The notes below the pieces were generated by a model. It ran no database searches. It was given only the letters and a program-made list of their open reading frames with translations, and was not told where the DNA came from. Both the position numbers and the translations under genes were made by a program. Shown piece by piece: positions 7,701-15,393 of a DNA stretch of 32,000 nt. The stretch's first letter is position 1. Every line of letters starts with the position of its first letter. Origin of the DNA: an archaeon GW2011_AR10 (GTDB lineage: Archaea > Iainarchaeota > Iainarchaeia > Iainarchaeales > GW2011-AR10); the NCBI GenBank assembly GCA_000830275.1, contig CP010424.1, positions 300,001-332,000 of the forward strand. Reading direction: 5' to 3'.

Positions 7701-10700
7701 TGAAAGCGTTTTCGTGAAAGCAGAGAAATCCTTTTACCAGGAATCGGATTTGCTTCGCATTCCGGTTCAGCCTCGCGATGAAATTACTTTCAGGCCGGAG
7801 GGCTTTGAGTGCGTTTCCTTAAGCGATAACTCCATTGATGTGCTGCATAATTCTTCTGATACTTTTACTTTGACAACTCATAATTGTGATTTGCCGGTTG
7901 AGGTTGCAATGTATGTTCCTGCTGCAAGCTTTACTCTGCCTTCAGTTGACCTTGCCGGGCCCATTACTTTGAAGGAAGGCAGCAATATTGTAGGGCAGTG
8001 CGAGAGCTGCGCTTCAACGAGCCTCAGCGAAAACGATTCAGTTATTGTAAAAGCTTTGGGTGACAAGCTGCTGGGGCAGTACGACATTTACATTAGGCTG
8101 AGGTATGAAGGCGATGAGGAATTCAGGGACTTTGATGTTGTGGAAGTAAGTGTTAAGCCTGTTGAAGAGGATATTTTTGTGCTTGAAGATGATAAAGCAG
8201 CATACAATATTTTTGGTGGCACAGATGAAGGAACAGCAATTAACAGGAATCCTTTATTTATTTCTGATTTCTGGATTCCAAAAGTTGGTTTTGACCTTGA
8301 TGCAAGGGGAAGGTACTTTGCAGCGCAGGACAGATTCAATGACCTCGGCCTTGTGAGCTTTTGCTGGACTGTCAGGGCTGAAATTGAGGAAAGTGATGAA
8401 CCGCCTGTCAATATTACTGAAACAAATTGTACTGAGATTTTTCCGGAGGAAGGAGTTGTTTATGAGCTATACCAGTTAAGCGAAGAGGACTTTTATTTGC
8501 TTCGCAACATTGACGCAGAAGAGGGGGATGTTCTAAATATTTACGCTGAGGATGATTCGGGCGGGCTAATTGAGACAATGGTTGAGGGAACTCCTGAAAC
8601 AGGCTTGTTTGTGACAGCAATCTACACAGGAAATGTGCAGGACCATGAGGGAATAATTGATTTCACTGTTGTAAATGAAGGTTTGAGGGGCCGTGACTAT
8701 TCCTTGCTTGAAGTCAAAGACAGGGTTCAAGCTCAAGATTCAGAAGAGTCTGTCTATGAATTTACAGGCCTGGGTTTTTCTTACACCATTAAGTCTGTTT
8801 CTGAGAGAGAGACAATAATTCAGAATTTTTCCGAAACTGTTCTGGCTACTGGAGAGGAAGTTGAATTGGGGATTATTCCGGAAAGTTTAAGGCAGGGGGC
8901 TGAAGCAGAATACCTTGTCAGTGATGATAGCGAATTTGTTCTGGTTTACTTTAAGGATGAAAACGGCAGCCCAAGCATTGTTACAAATAATCAGAACGCA
9001 GTTGTTTACGCGCGTGCTGCTTTCTCTTTAAAGCCTTCAAATGAATTGGATATTGCATTTTTGATTGACACTTCTGGTAGTATGGGTACGCCTTGGGATA
9101 CTGTTTGCCAGAGAAGACAGGAGTTGGTTGACCACTTGGAGGAGCAGGGTTTTGACGTTAACTTTGAGGTTTTTGCGATGGGAGTTATTACTAGGAGATC
9201 TCCCTGTGTTGATGAGGTTGCGGAGTGGGCTGATACAGAAATTCCGTTTGTTCGCGGTACGGATCAGATTAATGAGGCATGGGCTCCGACTGGGTTGGAC
9301 GTAATTAACAACAAGTTTGCCTGGCGAGAAAATGCCAGAAAAATTCTTTTGATAATTGGGGATAATTCTCCCGGTGGTTCAGACGAAAGCAGGTGGCGGC
9401 CTAATGGTCAGGGAGAACTTATGACACAGCACCTAGTTGAGGCTGCGCAGGACAAGAATGTCTCGCTTTACTTTTTCCATCCGATTTCAATGGAAAACAG
9501 GACAGCAGCCAAGCTGATTAATGACATGCCGATTGAAGGAACAAGGTGGAAGAATGAATGCCCTGGAAGCAACTGCAAGAATGATTCGATTGAATTAATG
9601 GAGTATGCTGCTGAATGGACTGGAGGATTAGTGGAAACCTATGAAAGCCAGGAAAATTTGGAATTTGCACTTCAAAACGTCAATTTCTTTTCGCTTGTTT
9701 TAAGGGGAATGACCTCTCCTGCTACTGAATATTTCCATGTGAGGCTTGATTCCGGAAAGAAAAATGTCTGCTACGGAAGAAACGACATTGAAGGAATTAC
9801 TGGCAGCGAAGCAATTCCGAGGGTTTTGCCGTCCTGGAACTGGGATTCTGTGGGCATTGACTCCTGTGACCTGCTTGAGTTCAGGGAAGGAACTGCAAGA
9901 AACAATGAGTTCGTTTATTGTGATGCAACACAGTTTACGATTGAACTGATGAAGAAACTAAGCGAGCTTAAGCAGGAAGTTGAAACAAGCGGCAACCTTA
10001 ATATTGCGGACAAGCTCCTGCACTTTGATGCTTTCCTTATGAAGGACGGTTTCACTAGTGATTTCGTAAGTGATTTCAATTCCGCAATGCTTAACCTTGG
10101 CTTCTTTGACACAGGCAATGAGTTTTCCAACGATTTTGATGGCTTCAAGAAACTTTTCCTCGAAAACAATATTCATTTTGATTCAACCGAGCATTCCGTT
10201 ACACCACTGCCTTCAGCTGGACTCTATGAGGTGCAGATAAAGCTTAAGTTTGGCGATGCAGGAAACTGGGTTTTCTTTTCTGATGCAAATTCGAATGTTG
10301 ACGTGAATGTTGTGCTTACAAGAAAGCAGCCGCTTGAAACAGAGAACCTCATTTACTCGCTGCCTGTTGATGGCGTTGTTGGAATTGATCCGGTTTCGGG
10401 AACAGTGAATAGAAACGGCTATGGAATGGGCTTTTCTGGAGAAACTGATGCATTAAGTTTGTACAGGATTAATGAAAGCGGTGACCTGCGTATTGGCTCA
10501 AGCACTGGAAGCCCGCTTGGAAGAATTGACTTGGATGAAAGAACAGACTTTGCCAGCTTAAATCAGGAGTTCAGGGGCAACTTGCTGTTTATCAGAGAAG
10601 AAGCAGTCAACCGGTTTTCTTTTGTTTCAACTTTGAGCCAGCCTAACCCAATTGTAATGGAAGCCTACTCAAATAATGGGAAAGCCGGAGCATTCTTCAA

Positions 10701-11265
10701 CTTAAGGGATGAAACCGGAACCCCAATATCTGATCTTGCATACCTGTCGCTCTGGACTGGAATTGCTTCAGACCTGTCGCTTTGCAGGGATTTTTCCGGA
10801 GAGCATGTTTTCAGGAAAAGGAAGGATTCAAAGCTGAGCACAGCAATTGTAAGCGCTGATGCATGCAATTCTGTTGACGTTGACTCAACTTACGGCTTTT
10901 ACTGGTCTGATGCAGTTGACGGCAGCGTTTACCTGCGCACAATGTTTTTTACTCCCAACAACAATTATTCTTTCAGGAACGCTTGCCAGAACAGGCTTAC
11001 GCGAATTGTTGCAGTCAACGAGGAAATTACTTCTACAACCCCGCTTATACTGAATTCGGGTTCAACAAAACAGGTTTTTTCTCTGGCTGACATATTCGAT
11101 TTGATTGAGCAGGAGTATGTGTGCGTTTCAACAAGGGTTGACAGCGGCAAAAAAGTAACTGACTTTTGGTGGAATGAAGACAAATTGTTTGAGGAGCTGG
11201 AGCAATCAAAGGGAGAATTCTTTTGTAATCTGACTATGTGCAGTGCCCTCCAGATAAACTGTTAA
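4765..11265 (+). CDS. Giant (2166 aa) N-terminally membrane-anchored surface protein with repeated PEGA/CarboxypepD_reg-like beta-sandwich modules and an internal vWA domain
   Basis: Uninterrupted 6.5-kb ORF. GTG start at 4765 preceded by tGAGGT (4753-4758), with no in-frame ATG nearby. One hydrophobic anchor at aa 42-71. Repeated about 90-aa units of the type V-VV-D--G-PL-GA-V...G-Y---A-K-GY. DxSxS MIDAS motif at aa 1435-1439. Many N-x-S/T sequons and Cys residues. Confidence 0.85.
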   Translation: MGVIDWLKQLYYKAEDKYYEFLDRVNERIPIYELTDRIDKVFPSFLLFLLLLLLLFLLFLWLLWGFLFPFLNFDKEVRFVVLDDAGATLSGKKVDVLHDKAEETFTSDSFGEFKLTARDLNVLLQVKEPGYEPYSDERTVSASELNEIVLTGRPPVLFEKIIEVRNPEGNPIDGSSMRFTCSRNFAAPNPIRTAKSEERIFVSEYCGIVSVIVNKAGFQQAEKTLTAARTVIILQPIELPKATLRVVVRDIETNNGLPEITLGIYDDRNALKAQGMSDSSGAKIFSLEPGSYFVKARDNRDAPLYQNKDSGIISVEVDEETTVELLLSKLEGEAKQVLVKFIDKATKEPVKGVRTTLFEDSAEIVRKVSSSEGLVSFINVTPGREYAVTAVHQNYVFSLIQNLPVISRSSSNATVIELEKATSENSGNVIVSVKSLEGNAVDGAQVYLFMHDINFSVRTASTDSEGIVRFERMPLGFYHAAAEKQGERGNSETKALVAGSDLLLEIVLVLAEGFMEVEVVDVGNRPLEGAKVEFVDAVHGKQGEALTLANGKTEKISFKWNLRPYLVVSKEGFLPTTTVSYAILPRQTTKAKVVLRTTADLEDLKCDAENKLCVGLVGILSNDRTRRAVSSLTSNKGYVLLFEIVAGSDLNNVESVVRTGFEEELTAAESLVVIERPVAALASAVKFDTYDASDNYADLTPTNGDGKQAKFSFHDLNRGIYNYEVEVFIKNTDEENAEIQLRYGAKGDAATQHIVLPPAGLFLEIFFLDTPFPCDAVRADCYNFQWSFSLTNPDGRHFSGEIELTPEQVQIVRQEYSYELTATVFNQHQENRSFQNEEMTFESVDGAIEASPDSIPVTGFLHGTSYSTSVSLQPLVGSSSSDLRVSLNLNERDDTVQLRFMVPDQNKLALASRPSFITAGAPETILIIDVTDSVNGQAVAGALVQWDDSAEFSSPEPVFENSLLGAGSYTLTVPRREIGESVFVKAEKSFYQESDLLRIPVQPRDEITFRPEGFECVSLSDNSIDVLHNSSDTFTLTTHNCDLPVEVAMYVPAASFTLPSVDLAGPITLKEGSNIVGQCESCASTSLSENDSVIVKALGDKLLGQYDIYIRLRYEGDEEFRDFDVVEVSVKPVEEDIFVLEDDKAAYNIFGGTDEGTAINRNPLFISDFWIPKVGFDLDARGRYFAAQDRFNDLGLVSFCWTVRAEIEESDEPPVNITETNCTEIFPEEGVVYELYQLSEEDFYLLRNIDAEEGDVLNIYAEDDSGGLIETMVEGTPETGLFVTAIYTGNVQDHEGIIDFTVVNEGLRGRDYSLLEVKDRVQAQDSEESVYEFTGLGFSYTIKSVSERETIIQNFSETVLATGEEVELGIIPESLRQGAEAEYLVSDDSEFVLVYFKDENGSPSIVTNNQNAVVYARAAFSLKPSNELDIAFLIDTSGSMGTPWDTVCQRRQELVDHLEEQGFDVNFEVFAMGVITRRSPCVDEVAEWADTEIPFVRGTDQINEAWAPTGLDVINNKFAWRENARKILLIIGDNSPGGSDESRWRPNGQGELMTQHLVEAAQDKNVSLYFFHPISMENRTAAKLINDMPIEGTRWKNECPGSNCKNDSIELMEYAAEWTGGLVETYESQENLEFALQNVNFFSLVLRGMTSPATEYFHVRLDSGKKNVCYGRNDIEGITGSEAIPRVLPSWNWDSVGIDSCDLLEFREGTARNNEFVYCDATQFTIELMKKLSELKQEVETSGNLNIADKLLHFDAFLMKDGFTSDFVSDFNSAMLNLGFFDTGNEFSNDFDGFKKLFLENNIHFDSTEHSVTPLPSAGLYEVQIKLKFGDAGNWVFFSDANSNVDVNVVLTRKQPLETENLIYSLPVDGVVGIDPVSGTVNRNGYGMGFSGETDALSLYRINESGDLRIGSSTGSPLGRIDLDERTDFASLNQEFRGNLLFIREEAVNRFSFVSTLSQPNPIVMEAYSNNGKAGAFFNLRDETGTPISDLAYLSLWTGIASDLSLCRDFSGEHVFRKRKDSKLSTAIVSADACNSVDVDSTYGFYWSDAVDGSVYLRTMFFTPNNNYSFRNACQNRLTRIVAVNEEITSTTPLILNSGSTKQVFSLADIFDLIEQEYVCVSTRVDSGKKVTDFWWNEDKLFEELEQSKGEFFCNLTMCSALQINC
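4888..4977 (+). other. Single N-terminal transmembrane anchor of the giant protein (FPSFLLFLLLLLLLFLLFLWLLWGFLFPFL)
   Basis: A 30-residue Leu/Phe run is encoded by ctg/ctt/ttg-rich low-complexity DNA. It is preceded by a charged 41-aa segment and followed by D/K/E, which suggests an N-in, bulk-outside topology. Confidence 0.7.
9043..9680 (+). other. von Willebrand factor type A (vWA) domain with complete MIDAS, aa ~1427-1639 of the giant protein
   Basis: LDIAFLIDTSGSMG (DxSxS), downstream AWAPTGLD (Thr), ILLIIGDNSPGG (Asp), and the end of the fold around AAEWTGGLVETYES-ENLE. Confidence 0.75.
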
Positions 11266-11288
11266 TTAAATATGCTCTTGGGCTGCTT

Positions 11289-12002
11289 TTACCTTATTGC
11301 TTCCCACATGATTTTGTCTCTTGGGTTGATTTGGATGCCTTTGCTGGTTATTTCGAATGGGTGAACGTTTTTGCTGTGGTTGGTGGCGCGCATTTTTCTA
11401 ACGAAAACGCTTCTGTTTGGTGGAGAAAAATACAATGCAATGACCCCGTCAGCAACAAACTCTTCCACCCCAAAAGCACTAAAATCATTCCTCCTGCCCC
11501 TCGTCTCAGAGGAAAGAAGTGTTGTGCAGTCCAATTCCTTGAGGGCATTCGTGAAGTGGTAGAGTGTGCTCCTCATGGTGCCCCTGCTTTCAGTGCCCAC
11601 GCTTAATGCAGTTGTGCTGTCAACCACCAGCCTCTTGGCTTTAATCTGCTTTACCATTGAGGCAATCACTTCCAACTCTTTTTCTATTTGTTCTTCAGCA
11701 GTAGTGTGGCGCCTCAGTATGTCAAGGTTGAGTTTGTAAATTTTTATGAGATTCTTTTCCTGCAGTTTTCCTATGTCCCAGTTGAAGCTCTGCATGTTCC
11801 AGCCAATGTTTTTGATGTTTCCTTCCAGCGTTACAAAAAGGCCTGGTTCCATGAACTGTTTTGCCCCCTCATAAATGTATTGCAGGCAAAAAATGGTTTT
11901 GCCTGTGCCAGAGCCGCCTGACACAAGCACTGAGGAACCAACTGGAATGCCTCCTTCAATGAGTTCGTCAAAACCCGGAATTCCTGACCTGATTCTGTCC
12001 AT
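11289..12002 (-). CDS. KaiC-like / RecA-superfamily ATPase, single domain (237 aa)
   Basis: GIPGFDELIEGGIPVGSSVLVSGGSGTGKTIFCLQYIYEGA is the typical KaiC-domain N-terminus with a Walker A motif. RLVVDS is Walker-B-like. AAGGTGG ribosome-binding site just upstream of the ATG on the minus strand. Confidence 0.85.
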   Translation of the reverse strand: MDRIRSGIPGFDELIEGGIPVGSSVLVSGGSGTGKTIFCLQYIYEGAKQFMEPGLFVTLEGNIKNIGWNMQSFNWDIGKLQEKNLIKIYKLNLDILRRHTTAEEQIEKELEVIASMVKQIKAKRLVVDSTTALSVGTESRGTMRSTLYHFTNALKELDCTTLLSSETRGRRNDFSAFGVEEFVADGVIALYFSPPNRSVFVRKMRATNHSKNVHPFEITSKGIQINPRDKIMWEAIR

Positions 12003-12120
12003 AAGCCACCTTTTTTATATTACTAGGCTTCCGGCGTTCTTAAACCTTTCTAAAACGCCTTTTTCAGGCTTTTTAAGGCAATAAAAACAAATAAATACCA
12101 TGTCAGATACCAATATCTAA

Positions 12121-12873
12121 ATGCCTTCCGTTAAAGATGAGGAAATTATCGGCCTAGATGTGTCTGAAATTGATGCCAGCAAGATTGACTTAGTTGACCT
12201 CATAGAGCAGCCGGCCTGGAAGACTATCCTGCTGGAGCTGGTTAGAACTGAGAGGATGGACCCCTGGAACATTGATTTGATTCAGTTGTCTGACAAATAC
12301 CTCCAAAAAATCAATTATTTGGGTGGAACTGATTTGAGGCTGCCGGCCAATGCAATTCTTGCCTGCGCAATTTTGCTTAAGTTCAAGTCAAGGGTCTTGA
12401 AGTTCAGTTCCTTGGATGAGGATGAGTTTGAAAGGCTTAACCGAGACATGACTCCTGATGAAAAACACGACCTTGATGGGCTGCTTCCAGACCTATCCAA
12501 CATCAGAAAAATCCGCGAAGGAAAGATTTCGCTTGACCAGTTGGTGGAAAGCATTGAGGCAATGCTTGACAAATCCAAGTCAAGGCAGGACAAGCGCTTC
12601 ATTAAAATGGACAGACCTGACTTTTTGGTTCCCTCGTCCGACTTCAACATTGATGAAAAAATGGAAGAGGTTTATGCTTTAATCAGGGAAAAAGCTGATT
12701 CTCAGGGATTAACAACTTTTTCTGTACTAGTAAATGGCGGAAACGTGAACGAAATAGTTGAAACATTCATTCCATGCCTGTTCCTTTACACAAATCATCG
12801 CATTAACCTCTGGCAGGAAGAATTCTTCGGCGAGATTTTCATTAGTTTGATTAAATCTAATGAAAAGATTTAA
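12121..12873 (+). CDS. scpA: Segregation and condensation protein A (kleisin ScpA)
   Basis: LLELVRTERMDPWNIDLIQLSDKYLQKI...LRLPANAILACAILLKFKSRVL matches the ScpA N-terminal pattern. The length (250 aa) is appropriate. Confidence 0.75.
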   Translation: MPSVKDEEIIGLDVSEIDASKIDLVDLIEQPAWKTILLELVRTERMDPWNIDLIQLSDKYLQKINYLGGTDLRLPANAILACAILLKFKSRVLKFSSLDEDEFERLNRDMTPDEKHDLDGLLPDLSNIRKIREGKISLDQLVESIEAMLDKSKSRQDKRFIKMDRPDFLVPSSDFNIDEKMEEVYALIREKADSQGLTTFSVLVNGGNVNEIVETFIPCLFLYTNHRINLWQEEFFGEIFISLIKSNEKI

Positions 12874-12916
12874 ATATAATGAAGTATATAAATATTAGTG
12901 GTGATATAAGTTGACT

Positions 12917-13156
12917 ATGAATGTTTATGACATTAAATTGTCTAAAGGATTCCAGTTTACTCTGCAAGCTGAAAGCAGGAGAAAACATAATTTGAAGCCA
13001 GGACAAAAAATTCAGGTGATTGATTTGGATAAGGAGATTATTTTGAGACCCAAAAGAAAAGGCAGTTTAAAGAACTTGGTAGGAAAGTTTAAGGCAGGCA
13101 AACGATTTGATGTCGTTAAAGAGCACGACTTGATTGTGGCGGGTTTTGGTCAATGA
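12917..13156 (+). CDS. vapB: AbrB/SpoVT-fold antitoxin (VapB-like); the ORF also opens at TTG 12911
   Basis: KGFQFTLQAESRRKHNLKPGQKIQVIDLDKEIILRPK fits the swapped-hairpin AbrB pattern (G-q-tiP...r--l-lkpGd-v). Its stop overlaps the start of the PIN gene (ATGA at 13153-13156). Confidence 0.7.
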   Translation: MNVYDIKLSKGFQFTLQAESRRKHNLKPGQKIQVIDLDKEIILRPKRKGSLKNLVGKFKAGKRFDVVKEHDLIVAGFGQ

Positions 13157-13557
13157 AATTTATTGATACTGTTACCTTGTTTGCCGGATTTTTCGTTGAT
13201 GAAAAGCACCATGTAAAAGCTAAAGAAGTAGTTGCAGCAATAGCAGAAGGGAAAGTTAGAGACGCAGTATACTCAGATTACGTGTTGGATGAATTGCTTA
13301 CTCTGGCAAGAGCTAAAAAGGGGGCAGCGGTTTCAAACGAAATTTTAGAGGAAATAGCTAATTCAGAGATTAAGATGGAAAAAGTCGAACAGCGGCATTT
13401 AAGTCTGGCGATGGAGCTTTTCAAAAGCTACGAAAAACTTAGTTTTACAGACTGCACAACAGTAGCATTAATGTTGGATCTGGGGATAAAGGAAATTTAT
13501 TCCTTTGACAAGGGCTTCGATTCTGTCGCAAAGATAGTCAGACTGGAAGAACTTTGA
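13153..13557 (+). CDS. vapC: PIN-domain ribonuclease toxin (VapC-like), 134 aa
   Basis: The PIN acidic residues are in the expected order: FIDT (Asp5), LDELL, SFTDCTT, and SFDKGF near the C-terminus. The gene is paired with an upstream AbrB-type antitoxin. Confidence 0.8.
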   Translation: MKFIDTVTLFAGFFVDEKHHVKAKEVVAAIAEGKVRDAVYSDYVLDELLTLARAKKGAAVSNEILEEIANSEIKMEKVEQRHLSLAMELFKSYEKLSFTDCTTVALMLDLGIKEIYSFDKGFDSVAKIVRLEEL

Positions 13558-14007
13558 AAGCAAAGAGTTCAAGGCAGTATTTCCTGATCACCCCAAATTT
13601 TTACAACTGTAACACAATCGTTAAAACTTCCTTCATTCATATGTTAATGAGGGTTGATTTATGGCTGGTTTGTTTACACATGAGCTAATCGCAAGATTGG
13701 TTTTGAAAAAACTTTCTAAAAGAAACTTTGACTATTTTCAGGGCGAATCCAACTGGTTTTTTCAGTTTGAAAGCGCAGGCAACATCTTGGAGCCAATAAT
13801 GTATCAATTTTACAATCTTTAGGATTTAGCCTGAATGATATTTTGCGGTATAAATCAGCTGCCGCATTCTATATGAGAGAGCCTGGAATAGACACATTTA
13901 ACATATTCAACCTCTTTCCAAACAACTTCGATGAAACTATAATCCGAAAGATTGCAGACCAAAAAGCTTCTTTGACTTCTTTTCTCAAAGATGAATTCCA
14001 CCAAAAA

Positions 14008-14027
14008 CCACTATTTAAAAATAGTGG
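14008..14027. promoter_or_regulatory. Inverted repeat (9-bp arms, 2-nt centre) coinciding with the TATA-like box of the permease gene
   Basis: ccactattt-aa-aaatagtgg ends 20 nt upstream of the ATG at 14047. The AT-rich core tatttaaaaata is TATA-like. Confidence 0.5.
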
Positions 14028-14046
14028 AATTCATATGATTTAAAGT

Positions 14047-15345
14047 ATGAAAAAGCAGGCACGGCTGCATCGCGTTTTGGGCTTGTTTGAGACGACTCTT
14101 TCTGGGATTGGAATAATTTTTGGCGCAGGAATTTATGTTTTGATAGGGAAAGCAGCCGGCATTGCAGGCGTTAACGTGTGGCTTTCTTTTTTGCTGGCTG
14201 CGATTGTGGCGGCTCTGACTGGCTTGAGCTATGCAGAGCTATCCTCAATGTACCCAAAAGCAAGTGCAGAGTACGAATACTCCAAGAATGCTTTCGGCAA
14301 AAGAGCCGGTTTTTTGGTTGGCTGGCTTGCATTGATTGCTGGAATTGTTTCAGCTTCAACGGTTGCACTGGGTTTTGGAGGCTATCTTAGTGCTCTCACA
14401 GGCCTGCCGATGCAGTGGCTGGCTGTAGGCGTAATAATTGTCTGCTCTTTTATTGTTTTTTTAGGGATAAGGCAAACTGCTTGGATTGCAGTATTATTTA
14501 CGCTAGTTGAGTCTGCTGGGCTTGTTGTAATAGTTTTTATTGGCCTCCCATATATAGGAAAAATGGATTTGCTAGACTTTTCCTCTTTCAATTTTACCGC
14601 TGTTTTTGAAGCCGCTGCATTGATTTTTTTCGCCTTTATTGGTTTTGAGGAAATTGTCAGAATGAGCGAGGAAACAAAAAACCCCAAAAAAATAATTCCA
14701 ACTGCGCTGATTATTGCAATCATCGTAAGTTCTGTTGTTTACGTGCTTGTTGCCTTAAGCTCTGTCGCAGTGCTTGGAGTTCAAAAACTTTCTGAGTCAT
14801 CTGCCCCGCTAGCAGAGGTTGCTTTCAGCGTTTTTGGCGAAACAGCGTTTTTCACTATTGCAGTAATCGCCCTTTTCTCTACATTTAACACTGTTCTTTT
14901 AATACTGCTTGCGGCCTCAAGGCTTGTTTATGGGATTGGCAAAGACAAGGAGTTTCCGGAAATAGTCGCAAGCATTCACAAAAAAACCAAAACCCCCTGG
15001 GTTGCAATAATAATCATAATGGTTATTTCGTCTTCTCTGGCCCTTTTAGGGGACATTTCTCTTGTGGCCAATGCAACGGATTTCGTATTGTTTTCCGTTT
15101 TTATTGCCATCAATGCAAGTGTTATTATTCTTAGGTTCAAAGAACCTCACTGCCACAGGGCTTTTTGTGTGCCTGGCTCAGTCAAAGGAATTCCAATTCT
15201 GCCAGTGGCAGGAATTTTTGCAAACGTTGTTTTAGCAATTCACATTTCTTTGGAAATAATCGCAGTAATGCTTGTAATGGCTTTCTTGGGTTTGCTATAT
15301 TTTGAAATCTACAAAAAAAACAGTAAAATCCGAACCACTGGGTAA
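14047..15345 (+). CDS. Amino acid permease, APC superfamily (432 aa, about 12 TM)
   Basis: The N-terminal L-R-LGLFE-T--GIG-I-G-GI--L-G signature is present, with multiple hydrophobic helices and FIGFE in mid-protein. Confidence 0.85.
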   Translation: MKKQARLHRVLGLFETTLSGIGIIFGAGIYVLIGKAAGIAGVNVWLSFLLAAIVAALTGLSYAELSSMYPKASAEYEYSKNAFGKRAGFLVGWLALIAGIVSASTVALGFGGYLSALTGLPMQWLAVGVIIVCSFIVFLGIRQTAWIAVLFTLVESAGLVVIVFIGLPYIGKMDLLDFSSFNFTAVFEAAALIFFAFIGFEEIVRMSEETKNPKKIIPTALIIAIIVSSVVYVLVALSSVAVLGVQKLSESSAPLAEVAFSVFGETAFFTIAVIALFSTFNTVLLILLAASRLVYGIGKDKEFPEIVASIHKKTKTPWVAIIIIMVISSSLALLGDISLVANATDFVLFSVFIAINASVIILRFKEPHCHRAFCVPGSVKGIPILPVAGIFANVVLAIHISLEIIAVMLVMAFLGLLYFEIYKKNSKIRTTG

Positions 15346-15393
15346 AGCCGTTGGAATTCGCTTGATTTAAATATTTTATCTTTTTTTATTAAT

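Noticed and set aside
4857-11183. Numerous 60-160-aa ORFs on both strands within the giant gene (e.g. 6195..6671 minus, 5163..5528 minus, 9065..9304 plus)
   Set aside because: They are nested in a 6.5-kb uninterrupted ORF that has coherent domain repeats. None has motifs or an upstream promoter or ribosome-binding site.
10800-11300. Diversity-generating retroelement target (VR/TR pair) at the giant gene 3' end
   Set aside because: No reverse transcriptase ORF is in the window. I saw no about 100-bp near-identical repeat with A-specific mismatches, and no C-type-lectin-like terminal motif. A TR or RT outside the window cannot be excluded.
11238-11606. 122-aa plus-strand ORF downstream of the giant gene
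   Set aside because: It is antisense to the KaiC-like ATPase, whose Walker A and KaiC N-terminal motifs are unambiguous.
11289-12002. KaiC-like ATPase as the archaellum component ArlH (FlaH)
   Set aside because: No arlI, arlJ or archaellin genes are adjacent, and the canonical GGSGTGKT Walker A is typical of generic KaiC/RadA-like paralogs. The function is left open.
13558-14046. tRNA or C/D-box sRNA in the largest non-coding gap (e.g. ctga...atgata near 13828-13840; gttcaagg near 13568)
   Set aside because: There is no proper C (RUGAUGA) and D (CUGA) box pair with correct spacing. No T-arm stem flanks the TTCAAGG-like sequence, and no cloverleaf could be drawn. Other gaps are too short or equally featureless.
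12874-14046. Mobile genetic element around vapBC
   Set aside because: No integrase, transposase, terminal inverted repeats or flanking direct repeats were found. Only the toxin-antitoxin pair and coding-poor DNA are present, so the region is kept as a low-confidence finding rather than a mobile_element feature.
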